A stretch of 64,000 bases of DNA from Chloroflexota bacterium (GTDB lineage: Bacteria > Chloroflexota > Dehalococcoidia > JACPEP01), in assembly GCA_016183425.1 (NCBI GenBank), contig JACPEP010000002.1:937-64936 (forward strand), written 5' to 3'. Each line of letters opens with the position of its first letter. Position 1 is the first letter of the stretch. Positions 1 through 9,232 of this stretch are shown here, in pieces. Both the position numbers and the translations under genes were made by a program. The notes beneath the pieces are model-generated. The model did no database searches, was not told the DNA's origin, and saw only the letters and a list, made by a program, of their open reading frames with translations.

Positions 1-1
1 G

Positions 2-964
2 CTAGCGCAGACTCTGGGCCTGGCGGCCACGGTGGAGGAACGAGACGTGGGAGCCTACCAGAGGTGCTATGGTGGCTCCCTGGAGGAGGCCGCCCGTCAG
101 GTTCGCTACACCTTTCTGAGCCAGGTAGCCGAGACGGTGGGCGCCCAGAAGGTGGCCGTGGGGCACACCGCCGACGACCAGGTGGAGACCATCCTCCTCC
201 ACCTGATACGGGGCACCGGCCTGACCGGCCTGGGAGGGATGAAGTGGCTCAGCCCCTGCCCGACTACCCAGGGAGACCGGGTCATGCTCATAAGGCCCCT
301 GCTGGAGGTGAGGCGAAGGGAAACGGAGGCCTACTGCCGTCGCCACCACCTGGATCCTCGCTGGGATACCTCCAACCGAATCTGGGGGCCCATCCGTAAC
401 CGTATCCGTCATGAGCTGATGCCCCTCCTCCGCCGCTACAACCCCAAAATAGATGATGGCCTCCTCCGTTTGGGGAGAAGCTTGCAGGATGACGCCGCCT
501 TCATCCGTGGCCAGATAGCCCGGCTGTGGCCCCTGGTGAGCAAGGATCAGGAAGGCGCTATTGTCCTCGACCGGGAAGCTATGAACGCTATGCCTCCGGC
601 GCTAAAGCGACATCTCTTGCGGGAGGCGGTGGCGCGGCTGGGGGTGATGGGATTAGAAGCGGCCCATGTAGAGGCCATGATGTTGGCTTTAACCAAGAGA
701 GTAGGCACCACTCTGGCTCTTCCCCAGGGCATGACCTTCTCCGTGGAGTATGACGCCTTTCGCCTGGCCATCACTGAAGCCCCCATCTCCCTGCCGCCGC
801 CTCTGGCGGGGGAATACCCACTGGCCCTGCCCGGCGAGACGGAGCTACCGGGGTGGAGCGTGGTGGCCCGCATCACGTCTCCGGAGGCTGTGCGACAGGA
901 AGACCCCGATCAAGCCATCGTGGACGCCGACGCCGTTGGCCAAAACCTGATGGTGCGCGCCTAG
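2..964 (+). CDS. tilS: tRNA(Ile)-lysidine synthetase, N-terminal/catalytic part (5' end outside window; frame stops at TAG 962-964)
   Basis: Motifs EEAARQVRY, AVGHTADDQVET, LIRPLL, DTSN..RNRIRHELMP; frame is open back to position 2. Confidence 0.9.
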   Translation, partial: LAQTLGLAATVEERDVGAYQRCYGGSLEEAARQVRYTFLSQVAETVGAQKVAVGHTADDQVETILLHLIRGTGLTGLGGMKWLSPCPTTQGDRVMLIRPLLEVRRRETEAYCRRHHLDPRWDTSNRIWGPIRNRIRHELMPLLRRYNPKIDDGLLRLGRSLQDDAAFIRGQIARLWPLVSKDQEGAIVLDREAMNAMPPALKRHLLREAVARLGVMGLEAAHVEAMMLALTKRVGTTLALPQGMTFSVEYDAFRLAITEAPISLPPPLAGEYPLALPGETELPGWSVVARITSPEAVRQEDPDQAIVDADAVGQNLMVRA

Positions 965-1185
965 GGGACCGCTTCCAGCCCCTGGGTATGGCTCAGCCCA
1001 AGAAGCTTCAGGACTTCCTGGTGGATGCCAAAGTGCCCCGTGCCTGGCGAGACCGCGTTCCTCTGGTGACGGGGGACGGGCGCATCCTGTGGGTGGTGGG
1101 GTGGCGGTTGGGGGAGGCGGCCAAGGTAACCCCAGGCACGAAACGAGTCCTCATCTTGAAGTTCGAGCCCCGCCCGGGGAGCTAG
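961..1185 (+). pseudogene. tilS: TilS C-terminal domain in a shifted frame
   Basis: GDRFQPLGM..KKLQDFLVDAKVPRAWRDRVPLV..ILWVVG continues TilS in another frame directly after VRA*. Confidence 0.85.
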
Positions 1186-1204
1186 GCTAACGGCGGAAAG
1201 CGCG
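1185..1204. repeat. Left arm of an imperfect 20-bp inverted repeat (partner at 3117-3136)
   Basis: GGCTAACGGCGGAAAGCGCG vs reverse complement of 3117-3136: 17/20 identical. Confidence 0.55.
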
Positions 1205-1224
1205 AGGAAAAGGAGAACGAAACC

Positions 1225-2895
1225 ATGATCGACATCCAGCCACAGCATGTTACTCTTGACCAGTTGGTCTACGGGCGACTGTTCAGAATTCCTCAGTATC
1301 AGCGGACCTATAGCTGGCACAGGAAGCAGCGGCAAGACCTGTTCCAAGACATCCGGCGCACTTGGGCCGGAGGGCAAGAGCGTTCCCACTTCATGGCTAC
1401 GGTAGTAGGTCTTCGCCGCGAAAAACGGACCATCATGACCAAAGAGCATCAAGTCATTGAGGTGGTGGACGGACAACAACGGATTACAACTCTTATCCTG
1501 CTTCTCAAAGCGAGCGCTAAAGCTATTGACCGTTCAGACCCAGTCGGGGAGAAAATTGGCAAAGAGCTTGATGACACCCTCGTGAAAGATGATAAGGCCA
1601 CCCTATTGCTCCTTCAGACTAATCACGACATTAGTCACCACTTTGCCGACTATCTGCGTGCAGGAAATCATCTGCCTTCAGAGACCGCTAATACTCTGGC
1701 AGACCGCGAGCTTCTGATGGCCACAGAGGAATGTGAGAAGTTTGTAGCCGACTGGCAAAGTGATGGCAATTCGATCGAGGACTTGGTTGGCTTACTGAAG
1801 AACAGGCTAACCTTTGTCTTCCATGAAATTGGTGATGAGGCGCTCGTCTATACCGTGTTCGAAGTTCTCAATAGCCGTGGTCTTGACGTGTCGTGGTTTG
1901 ACCGCCTCAAGAGCACGCTGATGGCCATTGTGTTTGAAGCCGAGACCGGGAACAAGAACGAGATTATCGATGAAGTGCACCAACTTTGGACGGATATCTA
2001 CAGGTGTGTAGGTCTCCGGTTAGGCTTGAGTACCGAATCGCTGCGCTTCGCCGCAACCTTGCTGACTTCATACGCTCATAGTCGTCCGCTAGGCGAGGAG
2101 GAGGCCGTAAACTTGCTCCGAGACCAGTCGAAGGACGAGCCAGCGAAGGTGATTGAGACAACGAAGTGGCTGAAGGCAGCGACCGAGGCTGTGGATCAAC
2201 TCCTGGCCGACCGCAGGAGGAACGCCGTTACACAGATCGCACAGGCTAGAATGGTCGCTACGGCAGTGTACCTTCGGCCAGACTTTACTGAGGATGAAAA
2301 GGCCAAGATACTCCTTCGCTGGGAAAACGTGACCTTTCGCATCTACGGGATGTTCAGGAAAGACGCTCGAACGGCTGTGGGCGATTACGTTCGGCTTGCC
2401 TGGAGCATAGTCAGACAAAAGCCGTCCGCCGACCAAGTACTCGAAAGGCTATCCTCCATTGGCGCAGCTTTCCCAATTGCTGAGGCAGTCGAGAATTTGC
2501 GGGGAACCGATTGCTATACAGGGTGGGGAGAAGAGTTGCGCTATTTCTTCCATAGGTACGAGGAACACCTGGCACGGAAGGCCGGGCAGAACTTCAATAA
2601 CGAGCAGTGGAACCACATCTGGGAGGCTAGCGCAGCCGATTCTATCGAACACATTCTTGCACAGAGAGCCGAAAATGATTGGGTCCATTGGCTCGGCAAT
2701 CTGCTGGTACTCCCGCCAAAACTGAACTCTAAGCTGGGTGCGAAGAGGCCGGCAGAGAAGGCTGAAGATTACCGTAAGACCGGGCTACTCGTTGCCCAAG
2801 AGGTAGTTGACGTGCTCTCCGAATGGAACAGCGGTTTCATAGAGGATCGCGAGGAATACTTGTTGAATTGGGCTCAGCAGGAATGGGCAGATTAG
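1225..2895 (+). CDS. DUF262/DUF1524 GmrSD-like (type IV restriction-type) protein
   Basis: N-terminal IPQYQRTYSW, DGQQRITT and FEVLNSRG (DUF262); C-terminal EHIL..LGNLLVLPPKLNS (HNH-like DUF1524). Confidence 0.85.
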   Translation: MIDIQPQHVTLDQLVYGRLFRIPQYQRTYSWHRKQRQDLFQDIRRTWAGGQERSHFMATVVGLRREKRTIMTKEHQVIEVVDGQQRITTLILLLKASAKAIDRSDPVGEKIGKELDDTLVKDDKATLLLLQTNHDISHHFADYLRAGNHLPSETANTLADRELLMATEECEKFVADWQSDGNSIEDLVGLLKNRLTFVFHEIGDEALVYTVFEVLNSRGLDVSWFDRLKSTLMAIVFEAETGNKNEIIDEVHQLWTDIYRCVGLRLGLSTESLRFAATLLTSYAHSRPLGEEEAVNLLRDQSKDEPAKVIETTKWLKAATEAVDQLLADRRRNAVTQIAQARMVATAVYLRPDFTEDEKAKILLRWENVTFRIYGMFRKDARTAVGDYVRLAWSIVRQKPSADQVLERLSSIGAAFPIAEAVENLRGTDCYTGWGEELRYFFHRYEEHLARKAGQNFNNEQWNHIWEASAADSIEHILAQRAENDWVHWLGNLLVLPPKLNSKLGAKRPAEKAEDYRKTGLLVAQEVVDVLSEWNSGFIEDREEYLLNWAQQEWAD

Positions 2896-3116
2896 AGCCG
2901 CCGATTGAGCGCGGCCTCAATCCTCGCTTTCAGCCCTGCTCCAAAGCATAGCCCGAAGGTAGAGCTGGAAGTTCTGTCTATCTCTTATCGTGAATAGTGA
3001 GCCAGAATGACAAACCATGCAAAGCCATTTCATAGTGCTGGGCAAGATTATGGAATGACTTTGACGTGGCCTTTATATACACGGCGTAGCCGGAGCTTGA
3101 TCCTATCTCCCATCAG

Positions 3117-3137
3117 CGCGCTCGGCGCCGTTAGCCC
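3117..3137. repeat. Right arm of the inverted repeat; also first copy of a 13-bp direct repeat GCGCCGTTAGCCC (3125-3137)
   Basis: Direct reading; second copy at 3700-3712. Confidence 0.6.
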
Positions 3138-3154
3138 GGCCGCTCATAAGCTAA

Positions 3155-3418
3155 TTACAGACCTTTACAGGTGTCCTCTCTACGCCGGGCTACCCTTACT
3201 ATGGTGAGCAATTGAGCCTCATCGTCTATGGCATATACTATCCTGAACTGCCCTACCCTGATGCGCCACAGCCCACTGTCAGCTAACTTCTTTACCCTCG
3301 GTGGTCTGAGAGTGTTCCCCAGGCGGTCAATAGACAGGGCAACTGCCACCTGTGCTTCTTTAGGGAGAGATAGCATCTGCTTTTGGGCAGCAGTATGAAT
3401 CTCTACCTTATAAGCCAA
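3155..3418 (-). CDS. RelE/ParE family toxin
   Basis: 87 aa, MAYKVEI..KKL..LWRIRVGQFRIVYAIDDE..TIVRVARRRE. Confidence 0.9.
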   Translation of the reverse strand: MAYKVEIHTAAQKQMLSLPKEAQVAVALSIDRLGNTLRPPRVKKLADSGLWRIRVGQFRIVYAIDDEAQLLTIVRVARRREDTCKGL

Positions 3419-3635
3419 GCTGTTTCCTCTTAAAGGTCTCCCAGTCCAGAGTACCCCGTTTGTCCTTTAAGGCTTTCCGTCCTTCGCGAATATCCTCCTC
3501 ATCCTCCAAGATCTCCAAGGCCGCATCCCGAAGAAGTTTAGCCATGGAAGTCCGCTGTTCAAAGGCCAGGCGGCGAAGCCTCTCGTGCTGCTCTTCGGTT
3601 AGGAAGATCGTAGTACGCTTCAGTGCTGTTCCCAT
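3408..3635 (-). CDS. CopG/RHH-type antitoxin
   Basis: KRTTIFLTEEQHERLRRLA..SMAKLLRDA ribbon-helix-helix, acidic C-terminus, overlaps the toxin start. Confidence 0.8.
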   Translation of the reverse strand: MGTALKRTTIFLTEEQHERLRRLAFEQRTSMAKLLRDAALEILEDEEDIREGRKALKDKRGTLDWETFKRKQLGL

Positions 3636-3699
3636 GGATTACTACCTCCTTACTGGACTATGGTAGCATACATACATCGCTATGTCGATATGTCGTAGT

Positions 3700-3712
3700 G
3701 CGCCGTTAGCCC
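3700..3712. repeat. Second copy of the 13-bp direct repeat flanking the RelE/RHH module
   Basis: GCGCCGTTAGCCC identical to 3125-3137. Confidence 0.6.
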
Positions 3713-3901
3713 CATGAGCCTGCCGCCTCTAAAATGCCAGCCTTTACAGCCCCCCCAAAAACTGCTACCTTCTAATGAGACTCGTTCGACCCTAGCTCAC
3801 GATGTACCATTGTGCCCCAGGAGGCTATTTCGTCGAACTGCGGTCGTCTGTAATTTGTTGTCGGTTTCTGGCTACAAGAATCGAAGGGTGAGGTATAGGT
3901 A

Positions 3902-5251
3902 ATGGTCAAACGGGCACCCGGTAAGGTGGACATGGAGAAGCTGGTCTCTTTGTGCAAGCGACGCGGCTTCGTCTTCCCCAGCAGCGAAATCTACGGCGGC
4001 CTGGCCAGTTGCTGGGACTACGGCCCCCTGGGGGTGGAGATGAAGAACAACGTAAAGCGCGCCTGGTGGCGCAAGGTTGTTCAGGAGCGGGATGACATGG
4101 TGGGCCTGGATGCCGCCATCCTGATGCACCCCCAAACCTGGGTGGCCAGCGGCCACGTGGAGAGCTTCGCCGACCCCCTCTCCGACTGCAAGTCCTGCCG
4201 CCAGCGGTGGCGGACAGATGATATCAAGGACGGCCGCTGTCCCGCCTGCGGCGGCGAGCTCACCGAGCCCCGAATGTTCAACCTGATGTTCAAGACCTTC
4301 ATGGGCCCCGTGGAGGACGAGGCCTCCGTTGTCTACCTGCGCCCAGAGACGGCCCAGGGCATCTTCGTCAACTTCCAGAACGTCCTCAATGCCAGCCGAA
4401 GGAAGCTCCCCTTCGGCATCGCCCAGATCGGCAAGGCCTTCCGCAACGAGATCACCCCCGGCAACTTCATCTTCCGCACCCGGGAGTTCGAGCAGATGGA
4501 GATCGAGTACTTCGTCAAGCCGGGCGCCGAGGAGGAGTGGTTCCAGCACTGGCTCAAGGAGCGCTTTCAGTGGTATCTGGACCTGGGCATCCAACCGGAG
4601 AACCTGCGCCTGAGGCAGCACGGCCCCGATGAGCTGGCCCACTACGCCCGAGACTGTTACGACGTGGAATACCTTTTCCCCATGGGCTGGATGGAGCTGG
4701 AGGGCATCGCCAACCGGGGGGACTACGACCTGAGACAGCACTCCTCTCCGCCAGAGGCGGACTCACGCGCCAGCGGCGGAAGCGGCAAAGATTTGACCGT
4801 CTACGATGAAGAGTCCGGGCAGCACATCCTCCCCTACGTCATCGAGCCCTCCGCTGGGGTGGATCGGGGCCTTCTCGCCTTCCTCCTGGACGCCTACCAT
4901 GAGGAAGAGGACAAGGATGAGATCCGAGTGGTTTTGCGCCTCCACCCCGCCCTGGCCCCCATAAAAGTGGCCGTCCTGCCCCTGAGTCGCAACGAAAAGC
5001 TGGTGCCCCTGGCCCGGGAAATCTACGCCCAGTTGCGGCGTCACTGGATGGTGCAGTACGACGACGCCCAGAGCATCGGGCGACGCTACCGCCGCCAGGA
5101 TGAGATCGGCACCCCCTACTGTGTCACCATAGACTTTCAATCTTTAGAGGACAAGGCGGTGACCATCCGGGACCGGGACACCATGGCCCAGGTGCGGGTG
5201 CCGGTGGCGGAGTTGGTGGAGGAGCTGCGGGGGAGGATAGAGGGAGACTAG
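3902..5251 (+). CDS. glyQS: Glycine--tRNA ligase (alpha2 type)
   Basis: [47 protein letters not shown], anticodon domain [14 protein letters not shown]. Confidence 0.97.
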   Translation: MVKRAPGKVDMEKLVSLCKRRGFVFPSSEIYGGLASCWDYGPLGVEMKNNVKRAWWRKVVQERDDMVGLDAAILMHPQTWVASGHVESFADPLSDCKSCRQRWRTDDIKDGRCPACGGELTEPRMFNLMFKTFMGPVEDEASVVYLRPETAQGIFVNFQNVLNASRRKLPFGIAQIGKAFRNEITPGNFIFRTREFEQMEIEYFVKPGAEEEWFQHWLKERFQWYLDLGIQPENLRLRQHGPDELAHYARDCYDVEYLFPMGWMELEGIANRGDYDLRQHSSPPEADSRASGGSGKDLTVYDEESGQHILPYVIEPSAGVDRGLLAFLLDAYHEEEDKDEIRVVLRLHPALAPIKVAVLPLSRNEKLVPLAREIYAQLRRHWMVQYDDAQSIGRRYRRQDEIGTPYCVTIDFQSLEDKAVTIRDRDTMAQVRVPVAELVEELRGRIEGD

Positions 5252-5252
5252 G

Positions 5253-5450
5253 ATGAGAAATATACAGGAGCAATACATCGTTGACGAAAAGGGCAGGAAA
5301 ACGGCGGTGGTTCTCTCTGTTGAGGACTACCAACGGCTGCTGGAGGATCTGCACGACCTGACAGTCATAGCGGAGCGTCGGGATGAGCCGACGATAGGTC
5401 TAGAAGAGTTGAAGCGCAGGCTCCGGGCAGATGGGCTCATACAGGGTTGA
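5253..5450 (+). CDS. Antitoxin (small acidic protein)
   Basis: 65 aa, YIVDEKGRKTAVVLSVEDYQRLLEDLHDL; overlaps the downstream RelE. Confidence 0.75.
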   Translation: MRNIQEQYIVDEKGRKTAVVLSVEDYQRLLEDLHDLTVIAERRDEPTIGLEELKRRLRADGLIQG

Positions 5451-5694
5451 GTTTAAGGGGTCGACGGAGCGAGACCTTCGTCGGATCAGCCCCGCCCTTA
5501 TCGATAACATCTTGAAAAGGATAGAGGCCCTGAGCGATGACCCGACCCCTCGCCAGTCCGTAAAGCTATCGGGATCAGAAAGGACATGCAGGCTAAGGGT
5601 AGGCGACTATCGTGTCATTTATGAAATCGACTCGGAGGCGAAGGCCGTTGTTATCTACCACATTCGCCATCGTCGTGAAGCCTACCGCCGGTAG
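5431..5694 (+). CDS. RelE/ParE family toxin
   Basis: SYRVEF..KLSGSERTCRLRVGDYRVIYEID..YHIRHRREAYR. Confidence 0.9.
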   Translation: MGSYRVEFKGSTERDLRRISPALIDNILKRIEALSDDPTPRQSVKLSGSERTCRLRVGDYRVIYEIDSEAKAVVIYHIRHRREAYRR

Positions 5695-5722
5695 GGAGGA
5701 GAACACAAGGCTGGTGCCGCTA

Positions 5723-5751
5723 TTGACAAGTCGGCTTAGAATATATATTCT
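5723..5751 (+). promoter_or_regulatory. Sigma70-type promoter
   Basis: TTGACA-N17-TATTCT upstream of the 5779 ORF. Confidence 0.6.
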
Positions 5752-5778
5752 TTACCCAAAGGCATCAGGAGCTTACAT

Positions 5779-5961
5779 ATGGCCTATTGTCCCGAGGACG
5801 GCGCTCTTATGAAGACGGTTTGTCTTCACTATAATGCCTGCTACGACTGTCCCACATGCGGTACGCACTGGAGTTACATCGACGGCAGCTATGAGGGTGG
5901 TACTTCCTCAGAGTGCCCTGTCCACAATTATTGCTCAAAGTGTCAGGAAAAGCAGGAGTGA
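5779..5961 (+). CDS. Small Cys-rich putative zinc-binding protein
   Basis: 60 aa with 8 Cys (CPxD, CxxC twice, CPxH); RBS AGGAG and a promoter upstream. Confidence 0.55.
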   Translation: MAYCPEDGALMKTVCLHYNACYDCPTCGTHWSYIDGSYEGGTSSECPVHNYCSKCQEKQE

Positions 5962-6140
5962 GCTAAAGAGTAAGCTCCGTTCAGGAGGGGGGAGCGCCAT
6001 GACCGCCGAACTGAGAGTTGATACGATCATCTTATGAAAGAGAATCATGACCAGGTGCAGGTGTCGGTGGCGGACTGAAGTGGTCGTTAAAATAAACTCT
6101 GACGCCGCTAGATTAGACTTGACAAGGCAGGAGGTTTTCT

Positions 6141-7925
6141 ATGGCCAACGTTGACATATCACGAGCCCTTCAAGCATTTAGAGACCACATTGATGAGCTA
6201 GCAGAGACATGGTATGAAGGCGACAGGGCGAAAGCTTTTAGGCACGCTGCTTTCCAGCAGGTAGCGCCCGATCCATTAATATCAGATGCGCAGGTTATCG
6301 AGCTTACGGCCATCGACAAGGCTGGCGACCTAGAGGTGGACGGCTGGTTTGTTGATGATACTGGCGAGTTTGTGCTGCTCTTCCAATCAGTAGGAGGGCA
6401 GAACCGTGTAGATGAAGCTAGCGTGATGAAGTTCTGGGAGTCGGCACAGCAAGTCCTAGAAGCTGCGCGCGTCGTCGCATCGCGTAATCAGTCGGTGCGT
6501 GAGCTCTCGGAACGCTTAGAGGAACGTTTGAGGGATGGGTATAACTTGCGAATGGTCTTTGCCAGCAAAGCTGGCTTTGTGCCCTCTGCGTCTGAGTTTG
6601 GAAATGGCAAAGCTCACGTCGACCGAGTCGTGACTCTCTCGGACGGTACACGGCTTACCTGTCGGTGTTCCCTAGAACTGTTGGACGAAGGAGACATTGC
6701 CCAAAAGTTCGATGACTACAGATCTGGGTTCAGGGGCGAGCCCACCGATGTAGAACTCACGGTCGAGCCCAATCATAGCTACGAGGTAGAACGAGGAGGC
6801 CGCCGTTCACTTCGGGCAACTGTGCTTGCCAGTGAAATAGTGAGTATCTTTCGAATGCCCGGAATGCGTTTTCGCTTGTTTTCACTAAACCCTCGTGGGC
6901 CTCTTGCCAGCGCGAAGGTGAATAAGGGGATTGCGCGCACACTAGACTCGCCTACAGGCCGCCAAGTGTTTCACCTGCTCAATAACGGTCTATGCGCGAC
7001 CTGCAGCGGATTCGAGCTCAAAGATGGCCGCCTCCGGGCAGAGAAATTCCAGATAGTGAATGGGTGTCAGACGACGGTAACCCTCGACGCAAGACGCCCC
7101 GAAGAGCTTACTGAAACAATGGTCGACCTGAAGCTGGCAGTTGCTGACACAGCCCTAGCCGAAAGCATCGCCGCAGCATCCAATGCCCAGACTGCTCTCC
7201 GTGCCAAAGACTACGCCTCCTTTGAGCGTCAGCAGCGACAGCTGTGGTTTGAGTTCGAAAGGCTTCAGCCCCCCTGGTATTACGAGATTAAACAAGGCTA
7301 CTGGCGCTTCGTCCTCTCCGATGCCGAAAAAGCCCGATTTAAGACCGGACGACGAAAGCGGCATATCGAGGTGCAGCCCCTTGCGCAAGCGTCGCTTGCC
7401 TTCTTGGGCTATCCGGCGGAGGCGCTTGACCGCGTACGCTTTGTGTTTGAGGGTATTCGCACACCTGAAGAGCGGCAGGCTTATGAGCGCGCTTTTCCCG
7501 CCGATGTAAGGGCCGAGCAACTCCTTTTACCCTGGCTTCTTCTCGACTATCTGGAGAGGCAGACGGAGCAACGTCTTAGATTCTCTACATTTCACGTCTT
7601 GTGGTTGGTGGCAGCACTTATCAAGGACTACTTCGGTATAGGTCAATCAGATTACTTTAGCCTGGAAACCACAGATCGCCTTATCGACTCGCGGAATGAC
7701 TGGCTACCTAGCATTGCTCGCATAGCGTACAATGCTTGCAATATCGCTTTCAAGCGGGCACAGAACATCACGGGAGAGCAGATCGATTTGAGGGATTTTT
7801 TCAGGGCTTCAGGGGAACTAAGCAGAGGGGTTAATCCGTTGGAACTGCTATCACAAGCCTGTAAACAAGAGCTTCAGATAGAGGTCGATAACCAACGGGA
7901 TCCTAGAAGGGCTCTCCCGAGGTAG
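6141..7925 (+). CDS. AIPR family protein (abortive-infection/restriction-associated)
   Basis: LFSLNPRG, FHLLNNGL, FQIVNGCQTT, SNAQ motifs typical of AIPR; RBS AGGAGG. Confidence 0.85.
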   Translation: MANVDISRALQAFRDHIDELAETWYEGDRAKAFRHAAFQQVAPDPLISDAQVIELTAIDKAGDLEVDGWFVDDTGEFVLLFQSVGGQNRVDEASVMKFWESAQQVLEAARVVASRNQSVRELSERLEERLRDGYNLRMVFASKAGFVPSASEFGNGKAHVDRVVTLSDGTRLTCRCSLELLDEGDIAQKFDDYRSGFRGEPTDVELTVEPNHSYEVERGGRRSLRATVLASEIVSIFRMPGMRFRLFSLNPRGPLASAKVNKGIARTLDSPTGRQVFHLLNNGLCATCSGFELKDGRLRAEKFQIVNGCQTTVTLDARRPEELTETMVDLKLAVADTALAESIAAASNAQTALRAKDYASFERQQRQLWFEFERLQPPWYYEIKQGYWRFVLSDAEKARFKTGRRKRHIEVQPLAQASLAFLGYPAEALDRVRFVFEGIRTPEERQAYERAFPADVRAEQLLLPWLLLDYLERQTEQRLRFSTFHVLWLVAALIKDYFGIGQSDYFSLETTDRLIDSRNDWLPSIARIAYNACNIAFKRAQNITGEQIDLRDFFRASGELSRGVNPLELLSQACKQELQIEVDNQRDPRRALPR

Positions 7926-7944
7926 AGGCGGCTCGCCTCACCCC

Positions 7945-8346
7945 ATGTTGACAGGACAAGATCCCTGTGATATGGTCCTGGTCCACAAAAAGGCGGAGGG
8001 CCAGACTATGGCATTTTACAGGGTCTATGGAAAATGGTATCACCTTGAGTACTCGGGCTACTTTGAAAGGGTCGTAAGGGCTCGTTCTCCGAGAGAAGCA
8101 ATCTTCAAGTTCGCCAGGTGCTTGTCCGACGTCGAACCTAGCGCTGAAATCGAGTGGGTGACCAATAAACCATCCGTAGTTAAGCTTGGTCAACTAGAGC
8201 CGCAGCCGGAACTTTGGGTCGGCGATGGCCACATCTATCAAATCAGGACGGTAACCAAGGTCGAACCTGGAGAGATCGAATGTCCTACTTGCAAGGGCGT
8301 CGGGAGAATCCAGAGCTATATTGAAGTCACGCCGGGGGGTTATTAA
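7945..8346 (+). CDS. Hypothetical protein with C-terminal CxxCxGxG zinc-ribbon motif
   Basis: ECPTCKGVGRI; the true start may be the ATG at 8008. Confidence 0.55.
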   Translation: MLTGQDPCDMVLVHKKAEGQTMAFYRVYGKWYHLEYSGYFERVVRARSPREAIFKFARCLSDVEPSAEIEWVTNKPSVVKLGQLEPQPELWVGDGHIYQIRTVTKVEPGEIECPTCKGVGRIQSYIEVTPGGY

Positions 8347-8353
8347 ATAGCAG

Positions 8354-8396
8354 ATGTTTCGCATCCTTCACGCCGCTGACCTGCACCTGGGGGTGG
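8354..8396 (+). repeat. Truncated duplicate of the sbcD 5' end (copy of 9233-9275)
   Basis: ATGTTTCGCATCCTTCACGCCGCTGACCTGCACCTGGGGGTGG vs ATGCTCCGCATCCTTCATGCCGCTGACCTGCACCTGGGGGTAG; 39/43 identical. Confidence 0.9.
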
Positions 8397-8454
8397 CTAG
8401 TTCTGCTATCATTAAGGAGAATGCTTTAGACTCAGGTGAATAAGGAGCCAAGGA

Positions 8455-8673
8455 ATGAAAGTAGCCGATCTTTCCATAGAAGAGCTCAAAACCCTTATTG
8501 CTGAAGTTTTAGAGGAGAAGCTAAGCGAGATTATGGGCGACCCTGATTGGGGTCTGGAACTGAAGGAGGACGTCAAGGAACGACTCAGGCAATCACAGTC
8601 CGCCCTGGCGAAGGGGAGAAAAGGGATTCCAGCCCAAGAGGTGGGCAAGAAACTGGGACTTTTCAGCGGATGA
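8455..8673 (+). CDS. Orphan antitoxin-like protein
   Basis: 72 aa, DPDWGLELKEDVKERL..IPAQEV; followed by a toxin stub. Confidence 0.65.
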   Translation: MKVADLSIEELKTLIAEVLEEKLSEIMGDPDWGLELKEDVKERLRQSQSALAKGRKGIPAQEVGKKLGLFSG

Positions 8674-8705
8674 GCTACAGGGTCGAGGCTTTTATTAATC
8701 ATTAG
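8670..8705 (+). pseudogene. RelE-like toxin stub (MSYRVEAFINH*)
   Basis: ATGA overlap with the antitoxin stop; start resembles SYRVEF of the 5431 RelE, then stops. Confidence 0.5.
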
Positions 8706-8737
8706 AAGAGAGATCTCAATCTGTAAGGAGGTGGAAC

Positions 8738-8992
8738 GTGAGCATGTTTGAGCAAAGACCTTTACATCATACCATCAAAGCCTTCATCCACCGTGGCGAA
8801 ACCCATTACGTGGCTGAATGCCTGGAAATTAGCGTGGTTACCCAGGGCAAAACCCTGGACGAAACCATCGCCAATCTTCAGGAGGCGGTGGAGCTTCATT
8901 TAGAGGGGGAAGACCTGGCCTCCTTTGACCTGGCTCCTCACCCTACCCTGCTGGTGACTATCGAACTGGAGCCTATCGTTCGTGTCGCTTAG
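8738..8992 (+). CDS. hicB: HicB family antitoxin
   Basis: YVAECLEISVVTQGKTLDETIANLQEAVELHLEGE. Confidence 0.85.
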   Translation: MSMFEQRPLHHTIKAFIHRGETHYVAECLEISVVTQGKTLDETIANLQEAVELHLEGEDLASFDLAPHPTLLVTIELEPIVRVA

Positions 8993-9230
8993 GCTGAGAC
9001 GCCTTGGCGGCCCGGAGGTAGTCTCGATATTGACTCAATTTGGCTTTGCTGTGCATTCACAGCGGGGTAGCCACGTCAAACTTCGCCGAGAGACGACTAG
9101 GGAAGATTGGCAGACATTGACAGTGCCCTTTCACAATGAGCTGGACTTGGGCACCCTTAGAGCCATCTTTCGCCAGGCGTCGCGTTACATCCCGCAAGAT
9201 CAGCTCTTACCTCATTTCTATACCGAATAG
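8982..9230 (+). CDS. hicA: HicA family toxin
   Basis: GF..SQRGSHVKL..TVPFHNELDLGTLRAIFRQA. Confidence 0.9.
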   Translation: MSLRLRRLGGPEVVSILTQFGFAVHSQRGSHVKLRRETTREDWQTLTVPFHNELDLGTLRAIFRQASRYIPQDQLLPHFYTE

Positions 9231-9232
9231 CC

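Noticed and set aside
1185-3712. Bona fide integron or attC cassette array
   Set aside because: No integrase; the AAC and GTT arms are never within 60-140 nt of each other, so no full attC can fold
3713-3901. T-box riboswitch upstream of glyQS
   Set aside because: No T-box consensus or terminator/antiterminator recognised
3872-4741. Long antisense ORFs (also 9494-10291, 19478-20521, 37649-38368 and others)
   Set aside because: Shadow frames of well-supported genes in GC-rich DNA; no recognisable motifs
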